Assembly: GCA_028275205.1 (NCBI GenBank)
Contig: JAPWVB010000003.1
Coordinates: 1-33,950, forward strand
DNA: 33,950 nt
From: Candidatus Acetothermia bacterium
GTDB taxonomy: Bacteria > Bipolaricaulota > Bipolaricaulia > RBG-16-55-9 > DRXL01
Direction: 5' to 3'
In this document: in pieces, positions 23,749 to 33,085 of the stretch
Layout: every line of letters begins with the position of its first letter
How positions within the stretch are numbered: the stretch's first letter is position 1
Position numbers and translations under genes: made by a program
Notes under the pieces: generated by a model
The model's database searches: none
What the model was told of the DNA's origin: nothing
What the model saw: the letters and a program-made list of their open reading frames with translations, nothing else

Positions 23749-25205
23749 GGTTCGTTGATCTTCGTCGCCAGCACGGCTGCGCCGAAGCCGTTATCTATAT
23801 TGACCACAGCCACCCCCGGCGCGCAACTGTTAAGCATCGTGAGCAGCGCCGAAAGCCCGCCAAAGCTCGCCCCGTACCCCACGCCCGTAGGCACAGCAAT
23901 GATGGGTTTATCCACAAGCCCTGCGACGACGCTGGGCAGCACCCCGTCCATCCCCGCCACTACGATCAGCACGCGCGCGGCGTTGAGACGCTCCCGATGC
24001 GCGAGAACTCTGTGCATCCACGCGACTCCGACGTCATAGAGTCGCTCTGTCGGGTTCCCAAGATACTGCGCCGTCACGGCGGCTTCTTCAGCAACGGGGA
24101 TATCTGAAGTTCCGGCGGTGACGACGAGCACGGTGCCACCCTGTGGAGCCTTGGGAGCTCCAAGGGTCAGCAGTCGCGCTTGCTCGTGATAGATCACTTC
24201 AGGGAGCAGCTCTTGCACAGCGCGGGCTTGCTCTGGGGTGGCGCGCGTTGCTAAGACGGGCTCGGTCTTCTTGCGCAGCTCGCTCATGATAGCTGCGATC
24301 TGTTCTGAAGTTTTCCCCGGACAAAAGACGGCCTCAGCGACCCCACAGCGTCCCTCGCGCTCGAGGTCGGGACGAGCGAAAGGGTCTGAGGGCGCGGGGC
24401 TGTGGTCCTTGAGGGCTTCGTTCATGCTGCCGCTGCGATAGCCCATAAGATCGAGCGTCACGTAGCGGAAGCCGAGCTTCTTCAGATGAGTAGCCACAGG
24501 GTCGCGATGCGCTAGCACTGTGGGCATCTCCTCTGGGGGCACTTCAATGCGTGCCATGCCCTCATGATGGCGCACGCGCACTTGGCTCAGCCCCAACCCG
24601 AAGAGAAACTCCTCGGCGTGCTCGATCTGTCTGAGCTTTTCAGGGGTGATCGTACTGCCGTAGGGCAGGCGCGAAGCTAAGCACGCCATCGCAGGCTTCT
24701 CAGCAGTAGGGAGCCCAAGCATCCGCGCGATCTCGCGAATTTCGGGCTTAGTCAGCCCAATCTCCAAGAGCGGGCTGCAAACAGTATATTCTTTGAGGGC
24801 ACGCATACCGGGCCGAAAGTCTTGGGTGTCCGAAGCGTTGGTGCCGTCGAGCACATGGGCAAAGCCGCGCGCGCGAGCTAGCTCGGTGAGCTTGCTGAAG
24901 AGCTCTTGCTTACAGTGAAAACAGCGCGTTGGGGGGTTGTTGACATAGCGCGGGTCGTCCAGCTCGCGCGTGAAGATGATCTCGTGAGGGACGCCAAGCT
25001 GTTGCGCGAGCTTCTGCGCGGCTTCAAGCTCGCGCTGGGCGTAGACGGGCGAGTGCGCCGTCACCGCGAGCACACGATCCCCTAGTTCTTGCTTAGCGAT
25101 AGCTAAGACGACCGAGCTGTCTACTCCCCCCGAGAACGCGACAATAGCACTACCGTAGCTTCGTATCAAGGCTCTCAAAGCCGTCAGTTTCTCTTGCAGG
25201 GTCAT
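23745..25205 (-). CDS. larE/larB: LarE (ATP-dependent sulfur transferase)-LarB (carboxylase/hydrolase) fusion
   Basis: LarE motifs AFSGGVDS, RCFHCK, DGTNASD, ACLASR, QVRVRHH, GYRSGSMN; LarB motifs AGTSD.PVAEEA, VAGMDG.LPSVV, LNSCAPGV.VVNIDNGFGA; a single frame. Confidence 0.92.
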   Translation of the reverse strand: MTLQEKLTALRALIRSYGSAIVAFSGGVDSSVVLAIAKQELGDRVLAVTAHSPVYAQRELEAAQKLAQQLGVPHEIIFTRELDDPRYVNNPPTRCFHCKQELFSKLTELARARGFAHVLDGTNASDTQDFRPGMRALKEYTVCSPLLEIGLTKPEIREIARMLGLPTAEKPAMACLASRLPYGSTITPEKLRQIEHAEEFLFGLGLSQVRVRHHEGMARIEVPPEEMPTVLAHRDPVATHLKKLGFRYVTLDLMGYRSGSMNEALKDHSPAPSDPFARPDLEREGRCGVAEAVFCPGKTSEQIAAIMSELRKKTEPVLATRATPEQARAVQELLPEVIYHEQARLLTLGAPKAPQGGTVLVVTAGTSDIPVAEEAAVTAQYLGNPTERLYDVGVAWMHRVLAHRERLNAARVLIVVAGMDGVLPSVVAGLVDKPIIAVPTGVGYGASFGGLSALLTMLNSCAPGVAVVNIDNGFGAAVLATKINEP

Positions 25206-25226
25206 ACTGCAACTGTAGCGAGTTGG

Positions 25227-25255
25227 TTGCGGGTGCGCAACCCCAAAACTATAAT
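25227..25255 (+). promoter_or_regulatory. Putative sigma70 promoter in front of the pseudogene, overlapped by a palindrome
   Basis: TTGCGG, 17 nt, TATAAT; ggttgcg-ggtg-cgcaacc (25225-25242). Confidence 0.55.
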
Positions 25256-25266
25256 GAGGCAGCGCT

Positions 25267-25520
25267 ATGGCTGAACCCCAAGGGATCACAGCGGAGCTCT
25301 ATCGCGCCATTGTCACTATAGTAGAGGACATCGCGCGCGTCGTGCTGCCGGGGTATCTGAAACAACGCTATGTGGGGTCACAGTAGAGCGATTAGAACGC
25401 CGCATCTTCTCTGTGGATGGGCAACGGTTCGATGTCGATCTGTATGCCGAAGTTGCTGCGTATCAGCCCACTATGGAAGCGACGGCGCCGCGTCGCCGCC
25501 GTCGCACAAAAAGAGTATAA
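25267..25520 (+). pseudogene. Decayed fragment resembling archaeal-type coiled-coil + PD-(D/E)XK nuclease-like proteins
   Basis: MAEPQGITAELYRAIVTIVEDIARVVLPGYLKQRY, then a frame change near 25372 into GVTVERLERRIFSVDGQRFDVDLYAE; family assignment is from motif recall. Confidence 0.55.
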
Positions 25521-25543
25521 TTGATGAGAAGGGGGGATGACTG

Positions 25544-26431
25544 ATGGAACGGCTGACTGGGACATTCAAAGTGAAGTCTGGGCTCGCGGAGATGCTCAAG
25601 GGCGGCGTGATCATGGACGTGGTCAACGCCGAGCAAGCGAAGATCGCGGAGAAGGCCGGCGCGGTCGCGGTGATGGCGCTGGAGCGCGTGCCCGCTGATA
25701 TTCGTGCCGCTGGGGGCGTGGCCCGCATGGCCGACCCCAAGAAGATCAAAGAGATCATGGACGCGGTCACGATCCCCGTCATGGCCAAGTGCAGAATCGG
25801 GCACTTCGTCGAAGCGCAGATCCTCGAAGCTCTCGGGGTAGACTACATTGACGAGTCGGAGGTGCTCACGCCCGCCGACCCTGAACATCACATAGACAAG
25901 TGGCAATTCAAAGTGCCGTTCGTCTGTGGGGCGCGCGATCTCCCCGAAGCGTGTCGCAGAATCGCTGAAGGCGCGGCAATGATCCGGACGAAGGGCGAAG
26001 CCGGCACCGGCGACGTCATCGAAGCTGTCCGCCATATGCGCTTGATGAACAAACAGATTCGCATCGTGCGCCAGGCCTCCGACGAGGAGCTGGTCGCGCT
26101 GGGCAAGGAGTGGGGCGCGCCCGTCGAGGTCTTGAGACTGATCAAAGAGCTCGGGCGACTGCCCGTGGTGAACTTCGCCGCCGGTGGGATCGCCACGCCC
26201 GCGGATGCCGCCTTGATGATGCAGCTTGGCTGCGATGGCATCTTTGTAGGGTCTGGGATCTTCAAGTCAGAGAATCCCGAAAAGCGCGCGCGGGCCATTG
26301 TCCTCGCTACGACGTACTATAACGATCCCAAAGTTCTAGCGGAGATCTCCGAAGACCTTGGGGAGCCGATGCCCAGCATCAGTGCCGCGCGTCTCCCAGA
26401 GCGAGAGCTTTTGCAAGTGCGTGGGAATTGA
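25544..26431 (+). CDS. pdxS: Pyridoxal 5'-phosphate synthase subunit PdxS
   Basis: [49 protein letters not shown]. Confidence 0.99.
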   Translation: MERLTGTFKVKSGLAEMLKGGVIMDVVNAEQAKIAEKAGAVAVMALERVPADIRAAGGVARMADPKKIKEIMDAVTIPVMAKCRIGHFVEAQILEALGVDYIDESEVLTPADPEHHIDKWQFKVPFVCGARDLPEACRRIAEGAAMIRTKGEAGTGDVIEAVRHMRLMNKQIRIVRQASDEELVALGKEWGAPVEVLRLIKELGRLPVVNFAAGGIATPADAALMMQLGCDGIFVGSGIFKSENPEKRARAIVLATTYYNDPKVLAEISEDLGEPMPSISAARLPERELLQVRGN

Positions 26432-26435
26432 AACT

Positions 26436-27005
26436 ATGCGCATTGGGGTGCTTGGGCTCCAAGGCGACTTTCGCGAGCATCTTGCGGTATTGCGCTCGCT
26501 GGGCGTGGATGCCCGGGACGTGCGCACCAGGGCGCAGCTCGATGAGATCGAGGGCTTGATCATTCCCGGCGGCGAGAGCACGACCATGGCGTATCTGTTA
26601 GAGAAGATGGGGATGCTCTCGGTCTTGCGCGAGCGCGGCGAGCAGGGCTTTCCCATCTACGGCACGTGCGCGGGAATGATTCTCCTTGCGCGCGAGCTCA
26701 ATGACGCTTATCCGGAGCATCGCCTCGCGCTGATGGATATCGCCGTGAAGCGCAATGCCTACGGGCGGCAGCTCGACAGCTTTGAGGCCGATATACATAT
26801 CAAAGATATTGGGAAGTTTCACGCGATCTTCATTCGGGCTCCCAAGATCGTGCGGGTGGGGCCGGGCGTCGAGATCTTAGCGGAGCACGACGGCGCCCCG
26901 GTGCTCGTAAGACAAAAAAATCTCTTGGCAAGCAGCTTCCATCCGGAGCTTACGGGTGATTCTAGGGTGCACGAGTATTTTCTGAAGATGGTCACGAAGG
27001 GGTAA
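26436..27005 (+). CDS. pdxT: PLP synthase glutaminase subunit PdxT
   Basis: GVLGLQGDF.EH, PGGESTT, GTCAGMI, RNAYGRQ, FIRAP, FHPEL; ATG at 26436. Confidence 0.98.
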   Translation: MRIGVLGLQGDFREHLAVLRSLGVDARDVRTRAQLDEIEGLIIPGGESTTMAYLLEKMGMLSVLRERGEQGFPIYGTCAGMILLARELNDAYPEHRLALMDIAVKRNAYGRQLDSFEADIHIKDIGKFHAIFIRAPKIVRVGPGVEILAEHDGAPVLVRQKNLLASSFHPELTGDSRVHEYFLKMVTKG

Positions 27006-27008
27006 CCT

Positions 27009-27617
27009 ATGGCTCACACCGAAGCGCCCGCGAAGAAGATGACGTATGAGGAGTTTTTAGCGTGGTGCGATGAAGACACGTGGGCGGAATGGGTGGACGG
27101 GGAGGTCATCATGGTTTCACCGGCGTCATTACCGCATCAAGAGATCAAGAGATTGCTTGTCACAATATTACAGACTTATGTGGAGCAACACGACCTGGGA
27201 GAAGTGATTGATGCTCCATTTCAGATGCGCTTAGCCGAGCTGCAGCGTGGGCGAGAGCCGGACGTGCTCTTCGTGGCCAAAGAGCATCTAGATAGACTGA
27301 GAGAGACATATTTAGACGGCCCGGCGGACGTCGTGATCGAGATCGTCTCGCCGGAGAGCGGCCCGCGCGACCGCGGCGAAAAGTATTATGAGTACGAAGC
27401 CGCTGGCGTTCGCGAATACTGGCTCATTGATCCTGAGCGCCAGCACGCCGAGTTCTATCGCCTCAACAAACAGCACAGATACGACTTGATCTCCCCCGAT
27501 GATCAGGGCATCTATCGTTCCCACGTGATTCCCGGGTTTTGGCTGAAGGTAGGGTGGCTGTGGCAGCGTCCCCTGCCCCGTGTGCTCGACGTGCTCAAAG
27601 AGCTCAAGCTCATCTAA
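27009..27617 (+). CDS. Uma2-family putative restriction endonuclease
   Basis: MTYEEFL, EWVDGEV, EPDVLFV, VIEIVSPES, K...YEAAGVREYWLIDP. Confidence 0.92.
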   Translation: MAHTEAPAKKMTYEEFLAWCDEDTWAEWVDGEVIMVSPASLPHQEIKRLLVTILQTYVEQHDLGEVIDAPFQMRLAELQRGREPDVLFVAKEHLDRLRETYLDGPADVVIEIVSPESGPRDRGEKYYEYEAAGVREYWLIDPERQHAEFYRLNKQHRYDLISPDDQGIYRSHVIPGFWLKVGWLWQRPLPRVLDVLKELKLI

Positions 27618-27638
27618 AAAAATTATAAGGAGGTTCCC

Positions 27639-28631
27639 ATGATTCGCGTCGCGTTAAACGGCTTCGGGCGCACCGCGCGCACGTTCTTTCGGATCGTCCA
27701 CAAAGATCCCCAGATCGAGATCGTGGCGATCAATGTGCGATCGCAGACCCCAGAGCAAGCCGCGTATCTCTGTAAGTACGACTCCGTCTACGGGCGCTTC
27801 GACGGTGAGGTGAGCTTCGGCGAAGATTATATAGTCGTCAACGGCAAAAAGATTCAGCTCTTTCAAATCGAAGATCCCGCGAAGCTCCCCTGGGGAGAAC
27901 TCAAAGTAGACGTCGTCGTCGAGGCCACTGGCGTCTTCCGCGATGCCCAAAAAGCGAGCAAGCACCTGCAAGCGGGAGCGAAGAAAGTTTTAATCACCGC
28001 CCCGGCCAAGGGCGACATCCCCACAATCGTCTGGGGGGTCAACGAGAAGATCTACGATAAAGCCAAGCACGCTATCGTTTCCGCAGCGTCGTGCACGACT
28101 AATTGTCTTGCCCCGATCGCGTACATTCTGCACAAAGAATTTAAGATCAAGAAGGGCTTGATGACCACGGTGCACGCCTACACCGCAAGCCAAAACTTGG
28201 TAGACGGCAGCAACAAAGATATGGTCGAGGGCCGCGCCGCGGCGATCAATATCATTCCGACGACGACGGGGGCTGCCAGTGCCATTGGGCTGGTCATCCC
28301 CGAACTCAACGGAAAACTCGACGGCATGGCCTTCCGCGTCCCCGTAGCGACAGGCTCGGTGACTGATCTCGTCGCGGAGTTAGAGAAGACCGTCACCGTG
28401 GAGCAGCTCAACGAGACGTTCACCCGCTATGCCCACGGCTCGATGAAGCACATCTTGGCGGTCTCGCAGTGGCCACTCGTGTCGAGCGATTGCATCGGCG
28501 ACCCGCACTCGGCGATCGTTGATCTCAGCTCAACGAAAGTCATTGAGAAGAGCTTGGTCAAGGTCGTGGCGTTCTACGACAACGAGTGGGGCTACTCCGC
28601 GCGGCTGGCTGATCTCGTCAAATATCTATGA
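27639..28631 (+). CDS. gap: Type I glyceraldehyde-3-phosphate dehydrogenase (divergent motifs)
   Basis: NGFGR, YDSVYGRF, EATGVF, ASCTTNCLAP, TTVHAYT, PTTTGAA, GMAFRVP, YDNEWGYS. Confidence 0.93.
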   Translation: MIRVALNGFGRTARTFFRIVHKDPQIEIVAINVRSQTPEQAAYLCKYDSVYGRFDGEVSFGEDYIVVNGKKIQLFQIEDPAKLPWGELKVDVVVEATGVFRDAQKASKHLQAGAKKVLITAPAKGDIPTIVWGVNEKIYDKAKHAIVSAASCTTNCLAPIAYILHKEFKIKKGLMTTVHAYTASQNLVDGSNKDMVEGRAAAINIIPTTTGAASAIGLVIPELNGKLDGMAFRVPVATGSVTDLVAELEKTVTVEQLNETFTRYAHGSMKHILAVSQWPLVSSDCIGDPHSAIVDLSSTKVIEKSLVKVVAFYDNEWGYSARLADLVKYL

Positions 28632-29020
28632 TCGAGATTCTTATCAAGGCGCATTCGGGGTTGCGCTGGGTGGTGCTCGCGTTGATTCTTCTAGGGATCG
28701 CGCGGGCGGCGTGGGGCTGGCTCGGCTCGCCCTCGTATGCGAAGTTTGATCGCATGTGGGGAGTTCTCTCGAGCGGCCTGATGGACCTGCAGATTCTCTT
28801 GGGTGTTATTATTTTCTTTCTGTTGGACCCCGAAGTGCGCCCCAGTTTGTGGCACCCCGCGCTGATGCTCACTGCAGCTGTGAGCGTCCATCTGGGGACG
28901 GTCTTCGCCCGACGCTTGAAAGAAGACCGTCGCAAGCACTATGCGCATCTCTTGGCGTATCTTGTCGGTTTGCTCTTCGTTCTCTTGGGGGTCTATGCGG
29001 TGCGTGGCTCGCTCTTCTAG
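28628..29020 (+). CDS. Small four-helix membrane protein of unknown function
   Basis: HSGLRW N-terminus, four hydrophobic segments, His residues; coupled to the gap stop. Confidence 0.75.
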   Translation: MIEILIKAHSGLRWVVLALILLGIARAAWGWLGSPSYAKFDRMWGVLSSGLMDLQILLGVIIFFLLDPEVRPSLWHPALMLTAAVSVHLGTVFARRLKEDRRKHYAHLLAYLVGLLFVLLGVYAVRGSLF

Positions 29021-29028
29021 GAGGTCTT

Positions 29029-29799
29029 ATGAGCGCGCTCCGGGAGAGAGTTTTCTACGCCGTGCTCGATCTGTTCTATCCGCCTCATTGCGCTGTGTGT
29101 TCTACCCCCTTCAGCGAGGGCGAGCGCGCGTTTCTCTGCGCAGACTGTGATGGCAAGATCGAGCGCATAGATCAGCGTCACGTCTGCCGCTGCGGCTGCC
29201 CTCTCCCTGAAGGGCTCGATCTCTGCCCGTGGTGCGCTGCAGAGAGCGAGAGAGTCTTTGAGCAGATACGCTCATTCGGGTGGTACGAAGAGCGCGAAGA
29301 CCCCGATCACGTGCTGAGCACGCTCATAAAAACTTTTAAGTATGGTGGCGAGCGGGCGCTCGCCCCACTGTTAGCACAATATCTCGATGAAGCCGGACGG
29401 CCGCTGCGCCCTCAGATTGAGCAGATCACGTTTGTCCCCATGCGCCCCAAAGCTGAGCGCGAGCGCGGGTTCAATCAAGCCGAGCTCTTAGCGCGCGAGC
29501 TAGGCAAGCTTTGGGGGATTCCCGTGGTGCGCGCCCTAGAAAAAATCAAAGACACTCAACCTCAAGCGAGCCTCTCCCACCACGAGGCGCGTCGAGAGAA
29601 CATCCGCGGGGCCTTCCGACTTGCAAAATTTACCCCGTGCGCTAGTATTCTCATAGTAGACGACGTCTATACTACTGGGGCGACGCTCACTGAGTGCGCA
29701 CGCCTCTTGAAGGAGAGTGGGATTTCGCAGCTCTACGGGCTCACGGTGGCGCGAGCCACCCAAAAAATATATGAAGATCCAAAGCATCGTGCTCAGTGA
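29029..29799 (+). CDS. comF: ComF-family phosphoribosyltransferase with double zinc ribbon
   Basis: LFYPPHCAVC, CxxC pairs, FKYGG, ERGFNQAELLA, IVDDVYTTGATL; ATG at 29029 follows AGGAGG. Confidence 0.9.
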   Translation: MSALRERVFYAVLDLFYPPHCAVCSTPFSEGERAFLCADCDGKIERIDQRHVCRCGCPLPEGLDLCPWCAAESERVFEQIRSFGWYEEREDPDHVLSTLIKTFKYGGERALAPLLAQYLDEAGRPLRPQIEQITFVPMRPKAERERGFNQAELLARELGKLWGIPVVRALEKIKDTQPQASLSHHEARRENIRGAFRLAKFTPCASILIVDDVYTTGATLTECARLLKESGISQLYGLTVARATQKIYEDPKHRAQ

Positions 29800-30379
29800 A
29801 TATCAGTCGAACTGTTACATCGTCACCGTCGGTGACGTGGGGGTAGTCATTGACCCCGGCGAGGAGAGCCCTGAGCTGTTGGAGCTGATCGGAGACACGA
29901 AGATTCTCTATATTCTGAACACGCACTGCCATCCAGATCACATTGGAGGGGATGAGTTCCTGCGTCGGCGCCTGGGCGCAAAGCTGCTCTTCCATCCCGA
30001 CGATCGTCCCATATTCGATTACTTTATGGCTAAGAGGGTCGAGCCCGACGGGTATCTTTACGATGGGCAGACCCTCGCGCTCAACGGGGTGCTCTTGGAA
30101 GTCTTGCACACGCCGGGGCACTCGCCGGGGAGCGTCGTCTTCAAGATCGAAAGCGAAAAGATTCTCTTCACGGGGGATTTGCTCTTTGCCGGGAGCATTG
30201 GGCGTACTGACTTCCCCGGCAGCGATCCCCAGCAGATGGTCCGCTCGCTCAAGAGAATCTTAGCACTCCCTGGGGATTACACGATCTACTCCGGACATGG
30301 CCCGGTAACAAAGCTCTCCGTCGAACGCTGGACGAACCCGTTCTTGCAAGATTTAGAGAGCCTCGTAGGAGGGTTGTGA
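29771..30379 (+). CDS. MBL-fold metallo-hydrolase (glyoxalase II-like)
   Basis: NCYIV, IDPG, THCHPDHIGG, HTPGHSPG, FTGD.LF.GSIGRTDFPG, GHG. Confidence 0.93.
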   Translation: MKIQSIVLSEYQSNCYIVTVGDVGVVIDPGEESPELLELIGDTKILYILNTHCHPDHIGGDEFLRRRLGAKLLFHPDDRPIFDYFMAKRVEPDGYLYDGQTLALNGVLLEVLHTPGHSPGSVVFKIESEKILFTGDLLFAGSIGRTDFPGSDPQQMVRSLKRILALPGDYTIYSGHGPVTKLSVERWTNPFLQDLESLVGGL

Positions 30380-32076
30380 TGGCCAGCCGCGATGAGATCG
30401 AGCTCATCCGTGAGCGCGCCGACATGCTGGAGATCGTGTCGCGCTATGTCACCCTCAAGAAAGCCGGAAAGAACTATATTGGCTCATGCCCGTTTCACCA
30501 AGATAAGACGCCCAGCTTCACCGTCAACCCCGACAAAAAGCTCTTTCACTGCTTTGGCTGCAACGAGGGCGGCGATCTCTTTCAGTTCTTGATGAAGATC
30601 GAGCGCATTGACTTTGCTGAAGCCCTGGCGCGATTAGCCGCCCAAACGGGCGTCCCCATCCGGCGCGAGCGGGCCTCGCCGCTGCAAAAGCTCAAGGAGC
30701 TCAACGAGCGCATCTGCCTCTATTTTCAGACAAACTTAGTAAGCCCTGCGGGCCAGAAGGCGCGCGAGTATCTGAGGCAGCGCGGCTTCTCCAAAGAGAT
30801 CACGGAAAAATTCAGATTGGGCTACGCCCTGCCCCGCTGGGACGATCTTGTCAAAAAATTCCCTGGGAACGCGGAGGCGCTGGAGACGCTGGGCTTAGCA
30901 TTGCGCAGCAAGGACGGGTCGCTCTACGATCGCTTCCGAGATCGTCTCATCTTTCCCATCTGGTCTGCTGGGGGCGAGATCATCGGCTTTGCCGGACGAA
31001 CCCTCAGCGACGAGGAGCCAAAATATCTGAATATCTCAAACACGCCGCTCTTTGAGAAGGGCTCGGTGCTCTACGGGCTGAACTTCGCGCGCGGTGCCGC
31101 TGCTGCCTCGGAGACGCTCATCATCGTCGAGGGCTACACCGACGTGATGAGCGCGCATCAAGCGGGGATCGAGAACGTCGTCGCGGGGATGGGCACGGCG
31201 CTCACCCAAGCCCAAGCCCAGCTGGTGAAGCGCTATGCCACGCGCGTGATCTTGGCGTACGACCGGGATGCCGCAGGGCGAGCCGCAACTTTGCGGGGCA
31301 TGGCCAACTTGCGCAACGCGGGGCTCGACGTCGCGGTCGCTCTGCTGCCCCTAGAGCACGACCCCGATAGCTTCGTGCGCGCCTATGGGCGCGAGGCGTT
31401 GGCCCGGCTTCTTCAGCAAGCCATCCCGTTCCATCAGTTCTATTTACAGAGTCTCTTAGAAGATCACCCGCCGACGACGGTGGCCAGTAAAGAAAAGATC
31501 CTACAGAATGTGAGGGAATTCTTGCCCACGCTGGTCAGTGGAGCCCTACGTTATGAGATCATCCGGGAACTCGGACGGGTGCTCAACTTACCGGAAGAAG
31601 AGGTCGCACGGGCCGTGAAAGTCGGCAAAAGAGCGGGTATAATGGCGACGCCTGACACAGGGGAATCTACTTGGGGACCGGAAGAGCATGTGCTCTACTT
31701 GGTGCTCCAAGGGGATCTCCCCTTAGGCCAGGTGCGCCAGGAACTGGACATTCGGGACTTTACGCGGTATCCTGAGATCGCTGGGGCGCTGTGGGAGCTG
31801 AGCGACCCATGGACGGTCACGCAGTTGCTCGACCGGTTGTCGGTGGAGGACCAAGCCATAGTGCGGCGGTTGCTGCTCAGCCCGCCACCATGGCGCGAGA
31901 GCGATCGAGTGAAGGTTCTCAAAGATGCCCTGGCACGGATGCGCCGGGCGCAAGTTGAGAAGCGGTTGGCGCGGTTGCGCGAGGAGGTGCAAGCAGCCGA
32001 GCAAGCCGGGGATCGCGAGCGGGTGTGGCAGCTCCAAGAGGAGCTCGTGCAACTTCTCCACGGGGGAAGGAGGTAG
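30376..32076 (+). CDS. dnaG: DNA primase
   Basis: CPFH..KTPSF...FHCFGC zinc finger, [33 protein letters not shown]. Confidence 0.98.
   Translation: MMASRDEIELIRERADMLEIVSRYVTLKKAGKNYIGSCPFHQDKTPSFTVNPDKKLFHCFGCNEGGDLFQFLMKIERIDFAEALARLAAQTGVPIRRERASPLQKLKELNERICLYFQTNLVSPAGQKAREYLRQRGFSKEITEKFRLGYALPRWDDLVKKFPGNAEALETLGLALRSKDGSLYDRFRDRLIFPIWSAGGEIIGFAGRTLSDEEPKYLNISNTPLFEKGSVLYGLNFARGAAAASETLIIVEGYTDVMSAHQAGIENVVAGMGTALTQAQAQLVKRYATRVILAYDRDAAGRAATLRGMANLRNAGLDVAVALLPLEHDPDSFVRAYGREALARLLQQAIPFHQFYLQSLLEDHPPTTVASKEKILQNVREFLPTLVSGALRYEIIRELGRVLNLPEEEVARAVKVGKRAGIMATPDTGESTWGPEEHVLYLVLQGDLPLGQVRQELDIRDFTRYPEIAGALWELSDPWTVTQLLDRLSVEDQAIVRRLLLSPPPWRESDRVKVLKDALARMRRAQVEKRLARLREEVQAAEQAGDRERVWQLQEELVQLLHGGRR
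31615..31643 (+). promoter_or_regulatory. Possible internal rpoD promoter within dnaG
   Basis: GTGAAA, 17 nt, TATAAT; dnaG-internal promoters for the sigma gene are known in E. coli. Confidence 0.45.
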
Positions 32077-32077
32077 T

Positions 32078-33085
32078 GTGAGCACCAGAGGGTTGGAGCA
32101 GGACTTCGGGTCCAACGGCATGCCGGACGACGCAACTATCTACGACATCCCCGAGCTTACTGAAGAGGAGCTCGAGGAGCAGCTCGAGGAGGAGGTCGAC
32201 GAAGAACTCGAGGAAGAGGGCGAGGTTCTTGAAGGGGAGGCCGATCACGATCCGGTCAAGATGTATCTCCAAGAGATTGGGCGGGTCAGCTTGCTCTCCC
32301 GAGAGCAAGAGATCGAGCTTGCCAGCCGGGTCGTCGCCGGGGAGAAGTGGGCTCGCGATCAGCTGATCGTCGCCAATTTGCGCCTGGTGGTCTCCATCGC
32401 CAAACGATACATGGGCCGTGGGCTCTCATTCTTAGATCTCATCCAAGAAGGCAACCTGGGGCTGATGCGCGCGGTGGAGAAGTTCGATCATACCAAGGGC
32501 TATAAATTCAGCACGTATGCGACATGGTGGATCCGCCAGGCGATCACGCGCGCCATCGCCGATCAATCGCGGACGATTCGCATTCCCGTGCACATGATCG
32601 AGACGGTGCGCGAGTTGCAACGCCTCAAGAAGGAGCACCTTCAGGAGCACGGGTCGGCCCCAGACTTGGAGGCGCTCTCGACGGAACTGGGCATCCCCCA
32701 AGAGAAGATCAAACAAGTCGAAAATGTCTCCCCGTATACAACATCACTAGAGCGCCCCATCGGCGAGGATGAAGAAGATACTCTTGGGGATTTCATCGAA
32801 GACAAGGATGCGCCCTCGCCGACCAAAGAGACCTATCGTATGTTCTTGGTCGAAGAGCTCGATAAGGCACTCAACCAGCTGACCGACCGGGAGAAAGAGA
32901 TCTTAAAGTTGCGCTATGGGCTCGAAGACGGGCATCCGCGCACCCTGAAAGATGTCGCGCGGGTCTTCAATATCACGCGCGAGCGGGTGCGCCAGATCGA
33001 GATCAAAGCGCTGGAGAAGCTCAAGCACCCAACACGCAAAGAGGAACTCCAAAAGTTCCGGCAGCTCTTGCTCAGTGAAGAGTGA
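32078..33085 (+). CDS. rpoD: Primary RNA polymerase sigma factor (sigma70)
   Basis: [63 protein letters not shown]; GTG at 32078 follows AAGGAGGT. Confidence 0.96.
   Translation: MSTRGLEQDFGSNGMPDDATIYDIPELTEEELEEQLEEEVDEELEEEGEVLEGEADHDPVKMYLQEIGRVSLLSREQEIELASRVVAGEKWARDQLIVANLRLVVSIAKRYMGRGLSFLDLIQEGNLGLMRAVEKFDHTKGYKFSTYATWWIRQAITRAIADQSRTIRIPVHMIETVRELQRLKKEHLQEHGSAPDLEALSTELGIPQEKIKQVENVSPYTTSLERPIGEDEEDTLGDFIEDKDAPSPTKETYRMFLVEELDKALNQLTDREKEILKLRYGLEDGHPRTLKDVARVFNITRERVRQIEIKALEKLKHPTRKEELQKFRQLLLSEE

Noticed and set aside
32158-32240. GAG/GAA-rich repeats in rpoD
   Set aside because: Ordinary acidic N-terminal region of a primary sigma factor
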